From: an uncultured bacterium
Lineage (GTDB): Bacteria; Patescibacteriota; Minisyncoccia; Phycocordibacterales; UBA6065
Assembly (NCBI GenBank): GCA_966243015.1
Contig: CBIMES010000002.1
Span: 117,458-181,457 of the forward strand
Direction: 5' to 3'
Length of the DNA: 64,000 nucleotides
Shown: positions 48,953 through 58,874 of the stretch, piece by piece
Position numbering within the stretch: the first letter of the stretch is position 1
Layout: each line of letters opens with the position of its first letter
The notes under the pieces: model-generated
Seen by the model: only the letters and a program-made list of their open reading frames with translations
What the model was told of the DNA's origin: nothing
Database searches by the model: none
Made by a program: the position numbers and the translations under genes

Positions 48953-49411
48953 TTAGAGACCGAGTCTGTCCAGAATAACCTGGAAGGGGCTTTCCTCGTA
49001 GGGTTCCGCCTTGAGCTTTGTATCGAGAAATTCTCCGAGCTCCTTTATGTCATCGTGCTCTACCGCGATGATGATGTAGGGCATGATCATCTTCTGGGAC
49101 ACGAGAATGAGTCGGGCTCCTTCACGGTGCTCCTCGTCAATCCAGAATGACTTGAGTGTCTTGAAAGGGTAGAGAACGTTGCCGACGCGCACGCCTTTTT
49201 CGCCGATGTCGACGTTTACAATGTTCGGCTTGCGCGCGGCGAAGAGCGCGATGACGAACGCTCCGATGACGATGACGATGGCGAAGAGGACGTTGCCGAA
49301 AATGATCGACGTGATTGCTGCCGCGACCGCAACGATGCCGAGCACCCAGAACCAGTCCTGGGTCTTCTCCCTGTGGGCGTATTCGTGAGTGTGCCAAGAA
49401 AACTCTTTCAT
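48953..49411 (-). CDS. Conserved hypothetical two-TM protein (DUF5673-like)
   Basis: SWHTHEYAHREKTQDWFW, two TM helices, YPFKTLKSFWI. Confidence 0.75.
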   Translation of the reverse strand: MKEFSWHTHEYAHREKTQDWFWVLGIVAVAAAITSIIFGNVLFAIVIVIGAFVIALFAARKPNIVNVDIGEKGVRVGNVLYPFKTLKSFWIDEEHREGARLILVSQKMIMPYIIIAVEHDDIKELGEFLDTKLKAEPYEESPFQVILDRLGL

Positions 49412-49478
49412 TGCCTCAGTATAGCACCGATGCCTCGCGGCTTGCTATTATTCGATTTCACTATATATTTGTAGGCAC

Positions 49479-49565
49479 GGAGGAGTGCCTGAGTGGTTTA
49501 AAGGAACAGTCTTGAAAACTGTCGTATCCGAAAGGGTACCGTGAGTTCGAATCTCACCTCCTCCG
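49479..49565 (+). tRNA. tRNA-Ser(TGA)
   Basis: GGAGGAG/CTCCTCC acceptor; ACAGT-CTTGAAA-ACTGT; long variable arm. Confidence 0.95.
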
Positions 49566-49623
49566 CAGCCAAGAATCCGCCCGCAAGGGCGCGATTTCAT
49601 TTCGGTCATCCTGTTTTAATCCT

Positions 49624-50331
49624 ATGGAACGCATCGATCGCATACTCTCAAATCTCGGATACTGCACGCGCAAGGAAGCTCGTGACATTCTTCGCGCGGG
49701 TGTCGTCACGGTGAACGGGGAAGAGGTCTCGGACCCGGGGGCGCGCGTCCGCGCCGCCGACGTTCTCTTTGACGGCGAGCCACTTGATCACGCAGACGGC
49801 ATCCTCATCGCCTTCAACAAGCCTATCGGCGTTGTCTGCTCAAAGAGCGCGAACGAGGGCCCGACTGTCTACGAGTATCTGCCAGAGCAGTGGCTTCGAA
49901 GGAATCCCGAAGTGTCGACCGTTGGTCGCCTCGACAAGGATACGAGCGGTCTTGTACTTATCACTGATCAGGGCGTTCTCTCGCACAGGCTGGCGTCACC
50001 CAAGACGCACGTGCCGAAGGTCTATCGCGTTTACGTCGATCGCGATCTCTCGCCGGAACTCGTGGGCCTGTTCGCCGCGGGCAATCTCTTGCTTGAGGGG
50101 GAGGGGGAGCCGTGCGCTCCCGCGGAGCTCAAAATCGTCGGCCCGAGGGAGGCAGAGCTCACTCTCTACGAGGGACGTAACCGCCAGATTCGTCGCATGT
50201 TCGCGAGTCAGGGATACATGGTGACGTCGCTTCGTCGCGAGAAGATCGGCGGGCTTGAGCTCGGTGACCTCGAGGAGGGGAAGTGGCTTGAGCTGCCCCT
50301 CGACCTTTTCGGCGCTTTCCAGTCAAAGTAA
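49624..50331 (+). CDS. RsuA family pseudouridine synthase
   Basis: S4 domain; NKPIG, VGRLDKDTSGL, EGRNRQIRRM. Confidence 0.92.
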   Translation: MERIDRILSNLGYCTRKEARDILRAGVVTVNGEEVSDPGARVRAADVLFDGEPLDHADGILIAFNKPIGVVCSKSANEGPTVYEYLPEQWLRRNPEVSTVGRLDKDTSGLVLITDQGVLSHRLASPKTHVPKVYRVYVDRDLSPELVGLFAAGNLLLEGEGEPCAPAELKIVGPREAELTLYEGRNRQIRRMFASQGYMVTSLRREKIGGLELGDLEEGKWLELPLDLFGAFQSK

Positions 50332-50349
50332 CGGTGTTATCATAAAAGT

Positions 50350-50739
50350 ATGACCACATACCGCCTCATGGCCCTCGACTATGGCACCAAGCGCATCGGC
50401 GTGGCGCTTTCCGACGATCAGGGCATGATGGCCTTTCCGCACTCTGTCATTCATCGAACCAAAGAGTATGTGGCCGAGATCGCAAGGCTCGCCCGTGAGA
50501 ACGGGGTGACAACCATCGTGATGGGGGACTCGAAAGACTATGCCGGCGTTCGTAATCCAATCATGAAGGAGGCGCTGGAGTGCGTCGACGCGCTCAGGGC
50601 CCTCGGCTTTGAGGTTGTGCTTGAGCCGGAAATACTCTCGTCCCACCAGGCGTCTCACTTTCAGGGCAAGACCGACATGACTGACGCGGCGGCGGCGAGC
50701 ATCATTTTGCAGAGCTATATCGACAGAAAAAAGAACTAA
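50350..50739 (+). CDS. ruvX: YqgF/RuvX family nuclease
   Basis: MALDYGTKRIGVALSD, DAAAASIILQSYID. Confidence 0.92.
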   Translation: MTTYRLMALDYGTKRIGVALSDDQGMMAFPHSVIHRTKEYVAEIARLARENGVTTIVMGDSKDYAGVRNPIMKEALECVDALRALGFEVVLEPEILSSHQASHFQGKTDMTDAAAASIILQSYIDRKKN

Positions 50740-50754
50740 CATACAACCAATCAT

Positions 50755-51159
50755 ATGATTACCTACGACGATTTTTCGAAGGTTGAGATAAAGGTGGGAA
50801 AGATCCTCTCCGCGGAGAAGGTGCCTGAGACCGACAAACTTCTCAAGCTGTCGGTCGATTTCGGCATTGTCGCAGCCGCCCCCGTTGCTACCGTTCAGGT
50901 GGAAGGGGAGCCCGTCGCCCACATCGAGATGCAGGAGCTCAAGAAGGACGTCCGTCAGATTGTTTCGGGCATCTCTGCGTTTTTTCCAGATCCGCAGACG
51001 CTTGTCGGCAGGAAGTGCATGTTCGTGACAAATCTCGAGCCTCGCAAGATCAAGGGTCTTGAGTCGAACGGCATGCTCTTCGCCGTCTCGACCCCTGAGG
51101 GCAAGTTCTCTCTTCTCGAGCCGCATTCTGAAATTCCTGAGGGCACTCGAGCGTACTAG
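50755..51159 (+). CDS. Stand-alone tRNA-binding OB-fold protein (Trbp111/CsaA/MetRS C-terminus-like)
   Basis: ITYDDFSKVEIKVGKI, DKLLKL, RQIVSGI, NLEPRKIKGLESNGML. Confidence 0.88.
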   Translation: MITYDDFSKVEIKVGKILSAEKVPETDKLLKLSVDFGIVAAAPVATVQVEGEPVAHIEMQELKKDVRQIVSGISAFFPDPQTLVGRKCMFVTNLEPRKIKGLESNGMLFAVSTPEGKFSLLEPHSEIPEGTRAY

Positions 51160-51163
51160 TTAC

Positions 51164-51802
51164 ATGCCTGAATTCCTTGATCCTAAATTTCTCATACAGA
51201 CCGTAGGGCTCATCGGCGTCATCTCCATTGTGTTCGCGGAGTCTGGTCTCTTCTTCGGATTCTTCCTGCCGGGCGACTCTCTGCTCTTCACCGCGGGACT
51301 GTTTGCGTCACAGGGGTACTTCAATATCGTCTGGCTCACCATCGGGACTATCGTCGCCGCGATTCTCGGAGACAGTGTTGGTTACGCGTTTGGCCGCAGG
51401 GTAGGGCCGGCGCTTTTTTCAAAGGAGGACTCGTTCTTCTTCCACAAGAAGCACATCGACCGCGCGAGCGCTTTCTATGCCAAGTACGGCGTGAAGACCA
51501 TCATGCTCGCGCGTTTCGTGCCAATCGTGAGGACCTTTGCCCCTATCGTCGCGGGCATCGGTCAGATGAGCTATCGCACGTTCCTCACCTATAACGTTAT
51601 CGGAGGAATCGTCTGGGCGGGTTCGATGACGCTTGGCGGGTACTTCCTCGGCGAGCTCATCCCGAACTCCGAGAAGTATCTCCACTACATCATCGCCGGC
51701 ATCATCATCGTCTCCTTCATTCCTATCATCATCGAATGGCTCAAGGCTCGAAAGGAGAGGAAGAGCGCGGCGGAGAAGGTGAGTGACGGCGGACTGCTTT
51801 AG
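51164..51802 (+). CDS. DedA family membrane protein
   Basis: FAESGLFFGFFLPGDSLLFTAG, ARFVPIVRTFAP. Confidence 0.93.
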   Translation: MPEFLDPKFLIQTVGLIGVISIVFAESGLFFGFFLPGDSLLFTAGLFASQGYFNIVWLTIGTIVAAILGDSVGYAFGRRVGPALFSKEDSFFFHKKHIDRASAFYAKYGVKTIMLARFVPIVRTFAPIVAGIGQMSYRTFLTYNVIGGIVWAGSMTLGGYFLGELIPNSEKYLHYIIAGIIIVSFIPIIIEWLKARKERKSAAEKVSDGGLL

Positions 51803-51841
51803 AATCGGTCCCTACGGGACCAGTACGGGTTTTTCTTTTTG

Positions 51842-51913
51842 TGCCCTCGGTAGGAATCGAACCTACATAACCGGCTTAGAAGTCCGGTGTTCTATCCATT
51901 GAACTACAAGGGC
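51842..51913 (-). tRNA. tRNA-Arg(TCT)
   Basis: GCCCTTG/CGAGGGC acceptor; loop CTTCTAA. Confidence 0.93.
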
Positions 51914-51959
51914 AACGGGCACTGAAGAGAATAGCAGGAAAGGGGACGAGAGAGAAGTT

Positions 51960-52036
51960 TGGTGCGCCCTGAGGGATTCGAACCCCCGACCCCCTGTGTG
52001 TAAAACAGGTGCTCTAACCAACTGAGCTAAGAGCGC
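51960..52036 (-). tRNA. tRNA-Val(TAC)
   Basis: GCGCTCT/AGGGCGC-ACCA; CCTGT-TTTACAC-ACAGG. Confidence 0.95.
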
Positions 52037-52197
52037 TTCGTCTGGCCTCGCGGCTGACTGCGAGGATAACAATAGCCCATGTCGGCCCTTTTTTCAAGGA
52101 AAACCGGTGATTTCCGCCGTATTCTTGCTAATTTCAGGCTCGCATGTTAGATTAACTGCCACGTTAGCAACGTTTACAAATTATCAAAAATCCCCGG

Positions 52198-52632
52198 ATG
52201 GAAAGCAAAGTAACTATTTCTCCAGTCGACATGAACGCTCGCAAGGCTCTCGAGCTGCGATCGGGCGACACCGTGCGCGTATGGCAGAAGATCAAGGAGG
52301 GTGACAAGACCCGACTTCAGGCCTTCGAGGGCCTTATCCTCGCCCGAAAGCACGGCGACGAGGCCGGCGCGACGTTCACCGTCCGCAAGACTATCGACGG
52401 AGTCGGCGTAGAGAGGATCTTCCCGCTCTACTCGCCGGTCATCGACGAGATCGAGATCATCCGACGATCTAAGGTCCGACGCGCGAAGCTCTACTTCGTG
52501 CGCGAGAAGGCGGCAAAGGAGATCCGACGCCAGATGCGAAACCTCCGAAAGGAGAAGGGCGGAAACACCGACGTGGTGAAGAGCCCAAAGGCTGCCAAGG
52601 CAGAGGCTCCGGCAGAGGAGGCAAAGGCCTAA
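52198..52632 (+). CDS. rplS: 50S ribosomal protein L19
   Basis: [35 protein letters not shown]. Confidence 0.97.
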   Translation: MESKVTISPVDMNARKALELRSGDTVRVWQKIKEGDKTRLQAFEGLILARKHGDEAGATFTVRKTIDGVGVERIFPLYSPVIDEIEIIRRSKVRRAKLYFVREKAAKEIRRQMRNLRKEKGGNTDVVKSPKAAKAEAPAEEAKA

Positions 52633-52785
52633 AACTCTCACGAAAAAACTCCGCGAAAGCGGGGTTTTTCTTTTGCCTCTATCGAGAATCGCGCGAAATA
52701 GTTGAAAAGTAGGGCGTCTTTATGCATAATAGGCAGACTCAGGTTGGGAAGGGCCTCGGGCACGCCGAACCAGAGATCGAAATAT

Positions 52786-52872
52786 GCGCGGATGGCGAAA
52801 TTGGCAGACGCACTACCTTGAGGTGGTAGCGCCCTCACGGGCATGGAGGTTCAAGTCCTCTTCCGCGCACCA
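52786..52872 (+). tRNA. tRNA-Leu(GAG)
   Basis: GCGCGGA/TCCGCGC-ACCA; CTACC-TTGAGGT-GGTAG; long variable arm. Confidence 0.95.
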
Positions 52873-52922
52873 GGAGAACGACGGACGGATGATCCGTCCG
52901 TCGTTTTTCTAAAGAAAAAGAT

Positions 52923-52994
52923 GGTGCCTATAGTTTAGTGGTAAAACGCTGGATTGTGGTCCCGGTGTCGAGGGTTCGATTCCCTCTAGGCACC
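52923..52994 (+). tRNA. tRNA-His(GTG)
   Basis: G-1 plus GTGCCTA/TAGGCAC-C; loop TTGTGGT. Confidence 0.94.
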
Positions 52995-53088
52995 CCGATG
53001 AGAAAGCCGCCCTCGTGGCGGCTTTCTCATTTGCCAAACGGGATCAATTTGCTGGCGTGGTATACTTTTTGCATCAAATTTTAAATAC

Positions 53089-53862
53089 ATGGTGAATATC
53101 CAATTGCTCGAATATATTAAGCAACAGCTAGCGCTAAATACAGATAGAGAGGCAGTAAAGCGCAATTTGGTTGCTAGTGGCGGGTGGTCGATTCAAGATA
53201 TAGACCAGGCATTTTCGGCGCTTTCTTCGGGACAAAAACCTTCCAAGGTAACCTTGCTCGCTCTGGTTGTTGTCGTTGTCTTGTGCGTGGTGGGAGGAAT
53301 TTACGTATTTTTTAAAAAAGCTCCCGATGAGAAAGGGGCTTTCGTTGAGACGGTGGATTCGTCCGCCGCAGGCCCATCTCAGCCGGGTGGGGGTTATTAC
53401 CTTTACACGAATCCGGCAATACCTTATTCATTGGAGCTGCCAGAAGGTTGGGGTGTTGCAGATCGAGATTCTGAAGGAGAGTACCGAAAACAGCTGGATG
53501 TTCTCACGCCATCGGAGAGCCGCTATGTGGAATACTCAGCGACTGAACAGGCGGTCCTTCTGGCGAAAAGTTATATTCAGATATCGATAGTTACTCCCAC
53601 GGAGGACAATCGGGCGAAGATTTGGTCTATGCATACGAGCGGGGGAACCAGGATTGAAGTCGCGAATGCGTCTGAACCTGTAAGAGAGGTTATTCAATTT
53701 GATTCCCAGGGCCCTCTGGAGAATTGCACCGGGGCAGGTTACGCGATACTTACGACGAAAAGGATATATCAGATTGCCTCGTGCTCAAAAAATGAATCTG
53801 ACCGAGGTGATCTCATCGGTCATTTGAATAGGATTGTTCAGACCTTGGTCGAAAGGGAATAG
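53089..53862 (+). CDS. Hypothetical single-pass membrane protein, AT-richer than neighbours
   Basis: LLEYIKQQL..LVASGGWSIQDIDQAF head, TM segment, YTNPAIPYSLELPEGW (PsbP-like start). Confidence 0.7.
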   Translation: MVNIQLLEYIKQQLALNTDREAVKRNLVASGGWSIQDIDQAFSALSSGQKPSKVTLLALVVVVVLCVVGGIYVFFKKAPDEKGAFVETVDSSAAGPSQPGGGYYLYTNPAIPYSLELPEGWGVADRDSEGEYRKQLDVLTPSESRYVEYSATEQAVLLAKSYIQISIVTPTEDNRAKIWSMHTSGGTRIEVANASEPVREVIQFDSQGPLENCTGAGYAILTTKRIYQIASCSKNESDRGDLIGHLNRIVQTLVERE

Positions 53863-54090
53863 TTTGAAATGATTTTCATATCCCGGATTTTACCAAGCAG
53901 GCCGCTGATGTGACTGGCGTTTTGGAGAATGTTTATAATACTGTCCTGCCACTGACCCACGAGGAAAACCGCCGCAGGGCGGTTTTTCGTTGGCCGAAGT
54001 GATTTCGATTCCGCGGAGACTTAGTTTCGGGTAGCGATTTGCTTTTGATTTCTCTCGGGGTAGGGTGATGGCAGAATCCCGAAACTAACC

Positions 54091-54804
54091 ATGAACCTTC
54101 ATAGTCAAATCAAAAACCTGCAGGAACTCTTCGGCCAGCGAAACGCGATGTATATAAAAGGGCAGCGCCTTTTCTTTCTCTTGGACGCAGTCAGGATATT
54201 TGCCAAGCATGTCAGGAGGGAGTCGGCGAAGCCCCATCTCGAAAGCTCGCTTGCGAGCGTGTTCAGGTGGACCTGCGCCGTTGCCGACGAGTTCAAGGAT
54301 TTGCCCCTCGTCGAGGCGATGTGCGAGAAGTTTCCCGCTGGTCGCTGTGCCTATTGCGGCGACCCTGTCTGCACATGCCATACCGCAAAGCGGAAAGACA
54401 TTATCTTGGCGGTTCCCGACCCTCGTCAGCTTGATTGGTCGGCAAACGACTGGATGGCCAACCTGATGTCGGTCTACGGCGAGGGCAACAGAAAGAGGGG
54501 CATGCAGTTCGTCATAGGCCGCCTCTATGAGGAGGTCGGGGAGACGAGCGGCGCCCAGCTTTTGGAGATACACCGTCCCAACATGAGCCTTGCCGACATG
54601 CGCAAGGCTGTGTCGCACGAGCTGGCCGACATCTTCTCGTGGGTATTGGTTATCTCCGGCTTGCTGGAGATCGATATGGATAGGGTGCTTGCCGAGAAGT
54701 ATGAGGGCAAGCACTATCGTTGTGGCTCTCGTCCCTGCAATTGCGGGCCGCACTACGCTCACTACGACACTCCGCATCCCTATATCGCGAAACGAATCAG
54801 GTGA
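54091..54804 (+). CDS. Tandem MazG-like NTP pyrophosphohydrolase-fold protein with Cys-rich motifs
   Basis: EEVGE...ELADIFSW in the second half; KFPAGRCAYCGDPVCTC and YRCGSRPCNC. Confidence 0.75.
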   Translation: MNLHSQIKNLQELFGQRNAMYIKGQRLFFLLDAVRIFAKHVRRESAKPHLESSLASVFRWTCAVADEFKDLPLVEAMCEKFPAGRCAYCGDPVCTCHTAKRKDIILAVPDPRQLDWSANDWMANLMSVYGEGNRKRGMQFVIGRLYEEVGETSGAQLLEIHRPNMSLADMRKAVSHELADIFSWVLVISGLLEIDMDRVLAEKYEGKHYRCGSRPCNCGPHYAHYDTPHPYIAKRIR

Positions 54805-54871
54805 GGTGTATGTATCAAGGCCCGCCGCTTTACCGCGACGGGTCTTTTTTATGCTAATCTCTCATTTACGT

Positions 54872-55663
54872 ATGACCATCTCGTTCATCATCTCCGAGTT
54901 CCTTGCCTTCCTCCGCAAGCAGGCCTCGAGCTCGCTCTTCGGCGGTTTGATGCTGTTCTTCCTCGTCGTGTCTCGATACGTGGAGATCCCTGGTCTCTAT
55001 CGATACGATTTTCTTTTTCTCGCCGCGCTTGCAACGCAGGCGGCTCTCATCATTGCCAGGCTCGAGACCAAGAGGGAGGTGTTCGCCATCGTCGTTTTTC
55101 ACCTGCTCGCCATGGGCATGGAGATATTCAAGACCGCCCCGTCGGTCGGGTCATGGACCTATCCCGAGCCGGCGTTCTTCGCTGTGGCGACCGTGCCGCT
55201 GTTCACCGGTTTCCTGTATTCGTCCGTTGGCTCCTATATGGCAAGGTCATGGAGGATAAACAGGTTTCAGTTTGTTAACTTCCCGAACCCGGTCGTTCTC
55301 GCCTCTGTCGGCGCGCTCATCTACGCGAACTTCTTCACCAATCATTACGTTCCTGACGTGAGGTGGGCCATTCTCGTTCTCCTCGTCATCATCTTCTGGA
55401 AGACGAAGCTCCGTGTGGAGCTTACCAACAGGGTTTGGGTTTTCCACCCTCTTGCCTCTAACGCCCTTCTGGCCTTCTTTGTCTGGATCGCCGAGCAGAT
55501 CGGCACCTTTGCCCGGGCGTGGGTGTATCCAAGCCAGGCGGAACAATGGGTCCCTGTCTCGTTCCACATGTTCACGTCGTGGTACATGCTGCTCGTATTC
55601 TCCTTCATCATCATTGCTCTCATTAACGGTCTGAGGTATGAGGCACCCGCGCTCGAGAAATAG
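54872..55663 (+). CDS. DUF817-like membrane protein
   Basis: KQASSSLFG, RYDFL, MEIFKT..GSWTYPE, VPLFTGFLYSSVGSY, WIAEQIGTF..WVYP. Confidence 0.8.
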   Translation: MTISFIISEFLAFLRKQASSSLFGGLMLFFLVVSRYVEIPGLYRYDFLFLAALATQAALIIARLETKREVFAIVVFHLLAMGMEIFKTAPSVGSWTYPEPAFFAVATVPLFTGFLYSSVGSYMARSWRINRFQFVNFPNPVVLASVGALIYANFFTNHYVPDVRWAILVLLVIIFWKTKLRVELTNRVWVFHPLASNALLAFFVWIAEQIGTFARAWVYPSQAEQWVPVSFHMFTSWYMLLVFSFIIIALINGLRYEAPALEK

Positions 55664-55698
55664 CTGTCCGACACGCCCGTTCTGATATACTCCTTTTT

Positions 55699-56220
55699 AT
55701 GAGTCTTCTCATACTCTCAACCAAGACCCCTGTCGGAGACCTTCACCTTGTCATCGAGAGGGAAGGGCGTCGGGGCAAGACGCGCGACATCGTTAGGGCG
55801 TCGGGCTTTGGCGAGCTCGGTGATCTGCTCGCGCGATTCTCGACAGACGTAAGCCTCGCTGACATGCAGGACGCGCCGATGTCCCATCCGTATGCCAAGG
55901 CGATTGCGGCGTACTTCAGGGGCGACGCGAGGGCGCTCGAGGCGGTCGAGTGTAAACAGAAGGGAAGCGAGTTCCAGCAGAAGATCTGGAAGGCGATGTC
56001 CAAGGTGAAGTTCGGCGAGACGGTCTCGTATCAGGAGCTCGCCGAGAGGGCGGGCGAGCCGGCGGCCATCCGCGCCGCAGGCTCTGCCTGCGCGAAAAAC
56101 CTCCTCGCACCGTTTATCCCATGTCACAGGATACTCAAATCCGACGGCTCGGTCGGCAGCTACTATTACGGCTCTGAGATAAAGGAGGCGTTGCTCGCCC
56201 TGGAGGGTTCTCTCAAATAA
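55699..56220 (+). CDS. ogt: Methylated-DNA--protein-cysteine methyltransferase
   Basis: FQQKIW, GETVSYQELA, RAAGSAC, IPCHRI. Confidence 0.93.
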   Translation: MSLLILSTKTPVGDLHLVIEREGRRGKTRDIVRASGFGELGDLLARFSTDVSLADMQDAPMSHPYAKAIAAYFRGDARALEAVECKQKGSEFQQKIWKAMSKVKFGETVSYQELAERAGEPAAIRAAGSACAKNLLAPFIPCHRILKSDGSVGSYYYGSEIKEALLALEGSLK

Positions 56221-56247
56221 GGGCCTTGTTGAGGGCTGGTGTGACTA

Positions 56248-56325
56248 TTGACTTTTATTGAATAGTGGTGTATTATTAGATAGTAATACCGTTCAGTCAA
56301 CCAGTACCATCAAACCAAGAAGGAG
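56248..56325 (+). promoter_or_regulatory. Sigma70 promoter, palindromic operator-like sites and Shine-Dalgarno
   Basis: TTGACT 56248-53, 17 nt, TATTAT 56271-76; GTATTATTA-GA-TAGTAATAC; AAGGAG 56320-25. Confidence 0.65.
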
Positions 56326-56334
56326 ACCCTTAAG

Positions 56335-56688
56335 ATGACAGCTAATACACCCGACGTTCTCACCCTCGATGGCCTTGTTGAAGCCATGACCGAAGCCCTC
56401 GGAGGAGTGGTTACGCAGGAGAAAAATTCCGTCGAAGACAAGCGGATTGTGTTTGGGAGTGACAGTGATCGGCAGTCTATTGATTCCGTCGAGGCGGCCG
56501 TTCTCGCTTATTGCGAGATGTTCGGATGCGAAGTTCTGGTTATTCAGAAGAAATCGTCCGGTCCGCAGCGCGTAGACCTTCTCGATTGCCAGATCCAGGA
56601 TACCGATGGCCGTCAGCTCAGTCTGGTTATCACGGGATACCTGGAAAGAATCGACGTTCGCCTCCGCGTCTTGATCGCCGCCCGTTAA
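56335..56688 (+). CDS. Hypothetical protein
   Basis: 117-aa ORF with own promoter, SD and terminator (56713-56741). Confidence 0.7.
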   Translation: MTANTPDVLTLDGLVEAMTEALGGVVTQEKNSVEDKRIVFGSDSDRQSIDSVEAAVLAYCEMFGCEVLVIQKKSSGPQRVDLLDCQIQDTDGRQLSLVITGYLERIDVRLRVLIAAR

Positions 56689-56803
56689 CAGGCGATCGAT
56701 CTGCGTTAGATTAAACCGCCCTCAGTATTGAGGGCGGTTTTTGTTTTCCCGCTCTCACGCCGCGGGAGTTTGTGGGCGAGTGGGGGACTGATATAATGAC
56801 GGC

Positions 56804-57781
56804 ATGAAGCATGTGACTCTCTCTCATATCTTTGCCGCCGCACTTCTCTCGGCGTCCTTCGTCGCGCCCTCCGTTTCTTTTGCGGCCGCATCTTGCACAA
56901 AGTTAACCGCTGATATCGGTACGGGCTCGAGCGACTCGTACGGCTCCCAGAACGTCATCGCGCTTCAGCGATTCCTTGTCTCGGCGGGATACATGGCTGC
57001 GACGCCTAATGGTTATTTTGGCCCGGCGACTACGATGGGCGTGAAGATGTTCCAGGCGGCGCGGGGCATCTCTGCTACGGGCTTCGTTGGACCCCTTACC
57101 CGCGCCGCCATCGAGACGGCGAGCTGCTCTGGTTCGACGGCAAGCCCTTCGGCGCGATCAGATTCTTCGTCGCAGGCGCCCGTTCTCAAGAATCCCTCGT
57201 CGACCCTCTTTAGCGCGCCGAAGGCGGGCGAGGCTCTCGCGATTGGCTCAACTTACAAAATCTCCTGGAATGCTCCGTCGAGCGGGGCGTATAGTCTCGT
57301 TCTCGATAACGCGACCAGTACGGCGAGGGGAGTGATAGAGTACTACTCTCCCGATTCCGGCAAGAAGACTTGGGACGTCGGCGCGGTTACGGTTGGCTCT
57401 GAGAAGGAGTTTATCGAGCCGGGTATGTACCGTCTCCGTCTCCAGGACAGGACCCAGGGACCCACCGCGTCTGACCAGGTGAGCAACTGGTTCGAGATTA
57501 CCGCGCCCGCGGCATCTATCAAGACCATGCTTCCCTCGGTTGCCGTCGCGGATGGCAAGACCGCGGTCGTCATGTACGGGTCGGGCTTTACGCAGGGGAC
57601 CTCTCTCTATGTGTATGATTCGTACAAGAAATGGATGAACGTGCTCTTCACCTCGGCCGATGCCACGGTCATGGTATTCTCGGTGCCGACCGAGATCAGC
57701 GCGGGGACGTATGACCTCATCATCACCGACAAGTACGGCGCGATCTCGACGGGACCTCGGGTCACTATAAGGAAGCCATAA
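56804..57781 (+). CDS. Secreted protein with peptidoglycan-binding domain and Ig/IPT-like domains
   Basis: Signal peptide; VIALQRFL..NGYFGPAT..FQAARGISATGFVGPLTRAAI. Confidence 0.82.
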   Translation: MKHVTLSHIFAAALLSASFVAPSVSFAAASCTKLTADIGTGSSDSYGSQNVIALQRFLVSAGYMAATPNGYFGPATTMGVKMFQAARGISATGFVGPLTRAAIETASCSGSTASPSARSDSSSQAPVLKNPSSTLFSAPKAGEALAIGSTYKISWNAPSSGAYSLVLDNATSTARGVIEYYSPDSGKKTWDVGAVTVGSEKEFIEPGMYRLRLQDRTQGPTASDQVSNWFEITAPAASIKTMLPSVAVADGKTAVVMYGSGFTQGTSLYVYDSYKKWMNVLFTSADATVMVFSVPTEISAGTYDLIITDKYGAISTGPRVTIRKP

Positions 57782-57788
57782 CTAACAG

Positions 57789-58874
57789 ATGCCAAGCCTC
57801 AGCGACATAAAGGCCTTCGCGCTCAAGTACGAGCGATACGTATCGCCGGTAACCCTGGTGACGGGATTTATCTTTGACAGCATGATGCTGAAGAGGATTG
57901 ACGTCCTCTTCAGCAACGCGCTCCTCATCGGCTACCTTCTCATTGCCTCTCTCTCGATCCTGCTCCTTAACGTGTCAGTGAGCAGGAGGGCGGACGAGGA
58001 GAAGGAGTCTACCTTCCACGTCATCCTGGTCTTCATGATGCAGTTCTCCTTCGGAGGACTGTTCAGCGCGTCGTTCCTCTTCTATTCGAAGAGCGGATCG
58101 ATCGTGGCGAGCTGGCCGTTCCTTGTTCTTATTTTCGGATACATGCTCGGAAACGAGTTCTTCAGGAAGAACTACACCAGACTCGGCTTCCAGGTGTCTG
58201 CTCTCTTCTCGGCCCTGTTCTCGTTCCTTATCTTCTTTTTCCCTGTCATCCTCGGCAGAATGGACGACGCCATATTTCTTCTGAGCGGTATCGCGTCCCT
58301 CATCATCACGGGGTTTTTCGTGTACGTGCTGTCGTGGTTCACGCCTCAGAGGGTCAAGAAGGGAGCCTTCATGCTTATCGCGAGCGTCTTCGGTATCTTC
58401 GCCCTCATCAACTCGCTCTATTTCACCAATCTTATCCCGCCCATCCCTTTGTCGCTCAAGGATCTGGGCGTGTACCGTTCGCTTACCAAGTTCCCGGACG
58501 GATCGTATCTTCTGAGCGGGGAAAAGCAATCCTGGGTTGATTCGCTTTTTGGCAGGGCTGACCTGCACCTGGTGATGGGGGAGCCTCTCTACGCCTTCAA
58601 CGCCATATTTGCGCCGACGAGTCTTTCGGCAAACATCGTGCACGTGTGGCAGTACTACGACGAGGACAACGGCTGGACGACCTCGAGCCGCGTGAACCTT
58701 TCGATCGTCGGCGGTCGCGACAACGGCTTTAGGACCTACTCAACCAAGACTAATCTCTTCCCGGGAAAGTGGAGGGTGAGCGTCGAGACGCTCAGGGGCC
58801 AGCTTATAGGTCGCCTTACCTTTAACCTCGAGCTTTCCGATGGTACCGAGGAGGTTGTGGCAGACGTCAAATAG
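57789..58874 (+). CDS. DUF2914-like membrane protein
   Basis: GFIFD, QFSFGGLFS, LIPPIPLSLK, AIFAPT, GGRDNGFRTYS, GKWRVSVET. Confidence 0.8.
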   Translation: MPSLSDIKAFALKYERYVSPVTLVTGFIFDSMMLKRIDVLFSNALLIGYLLIASLSILLLNVSVSRRADEEKESTFHVILVFMMQFSFGGLFSASFLFYSKSGSIVASWPFLVLIFGYMLGNEFFRKNYTRLGFQVSALFSALFSFLIFFFPVILGRMDDAIFLLSGIASLIITGFFVYVLSWFTPQRVKKGAFMLIASVFGIFALINSLYFTNLIPPIPLSLKDLGVYRSLTKFPDGSYLLSGEKQSWVDSLFGRADLHLVMGEPLYAFNAIFAPTSLSANIVHVWQYYDEDNGWTTSSRVNLSIVGGRDNGFRTYSTKTNLFPGKWRVSVETLRGQLIGRLTFNLELSDGTEEVVADVK

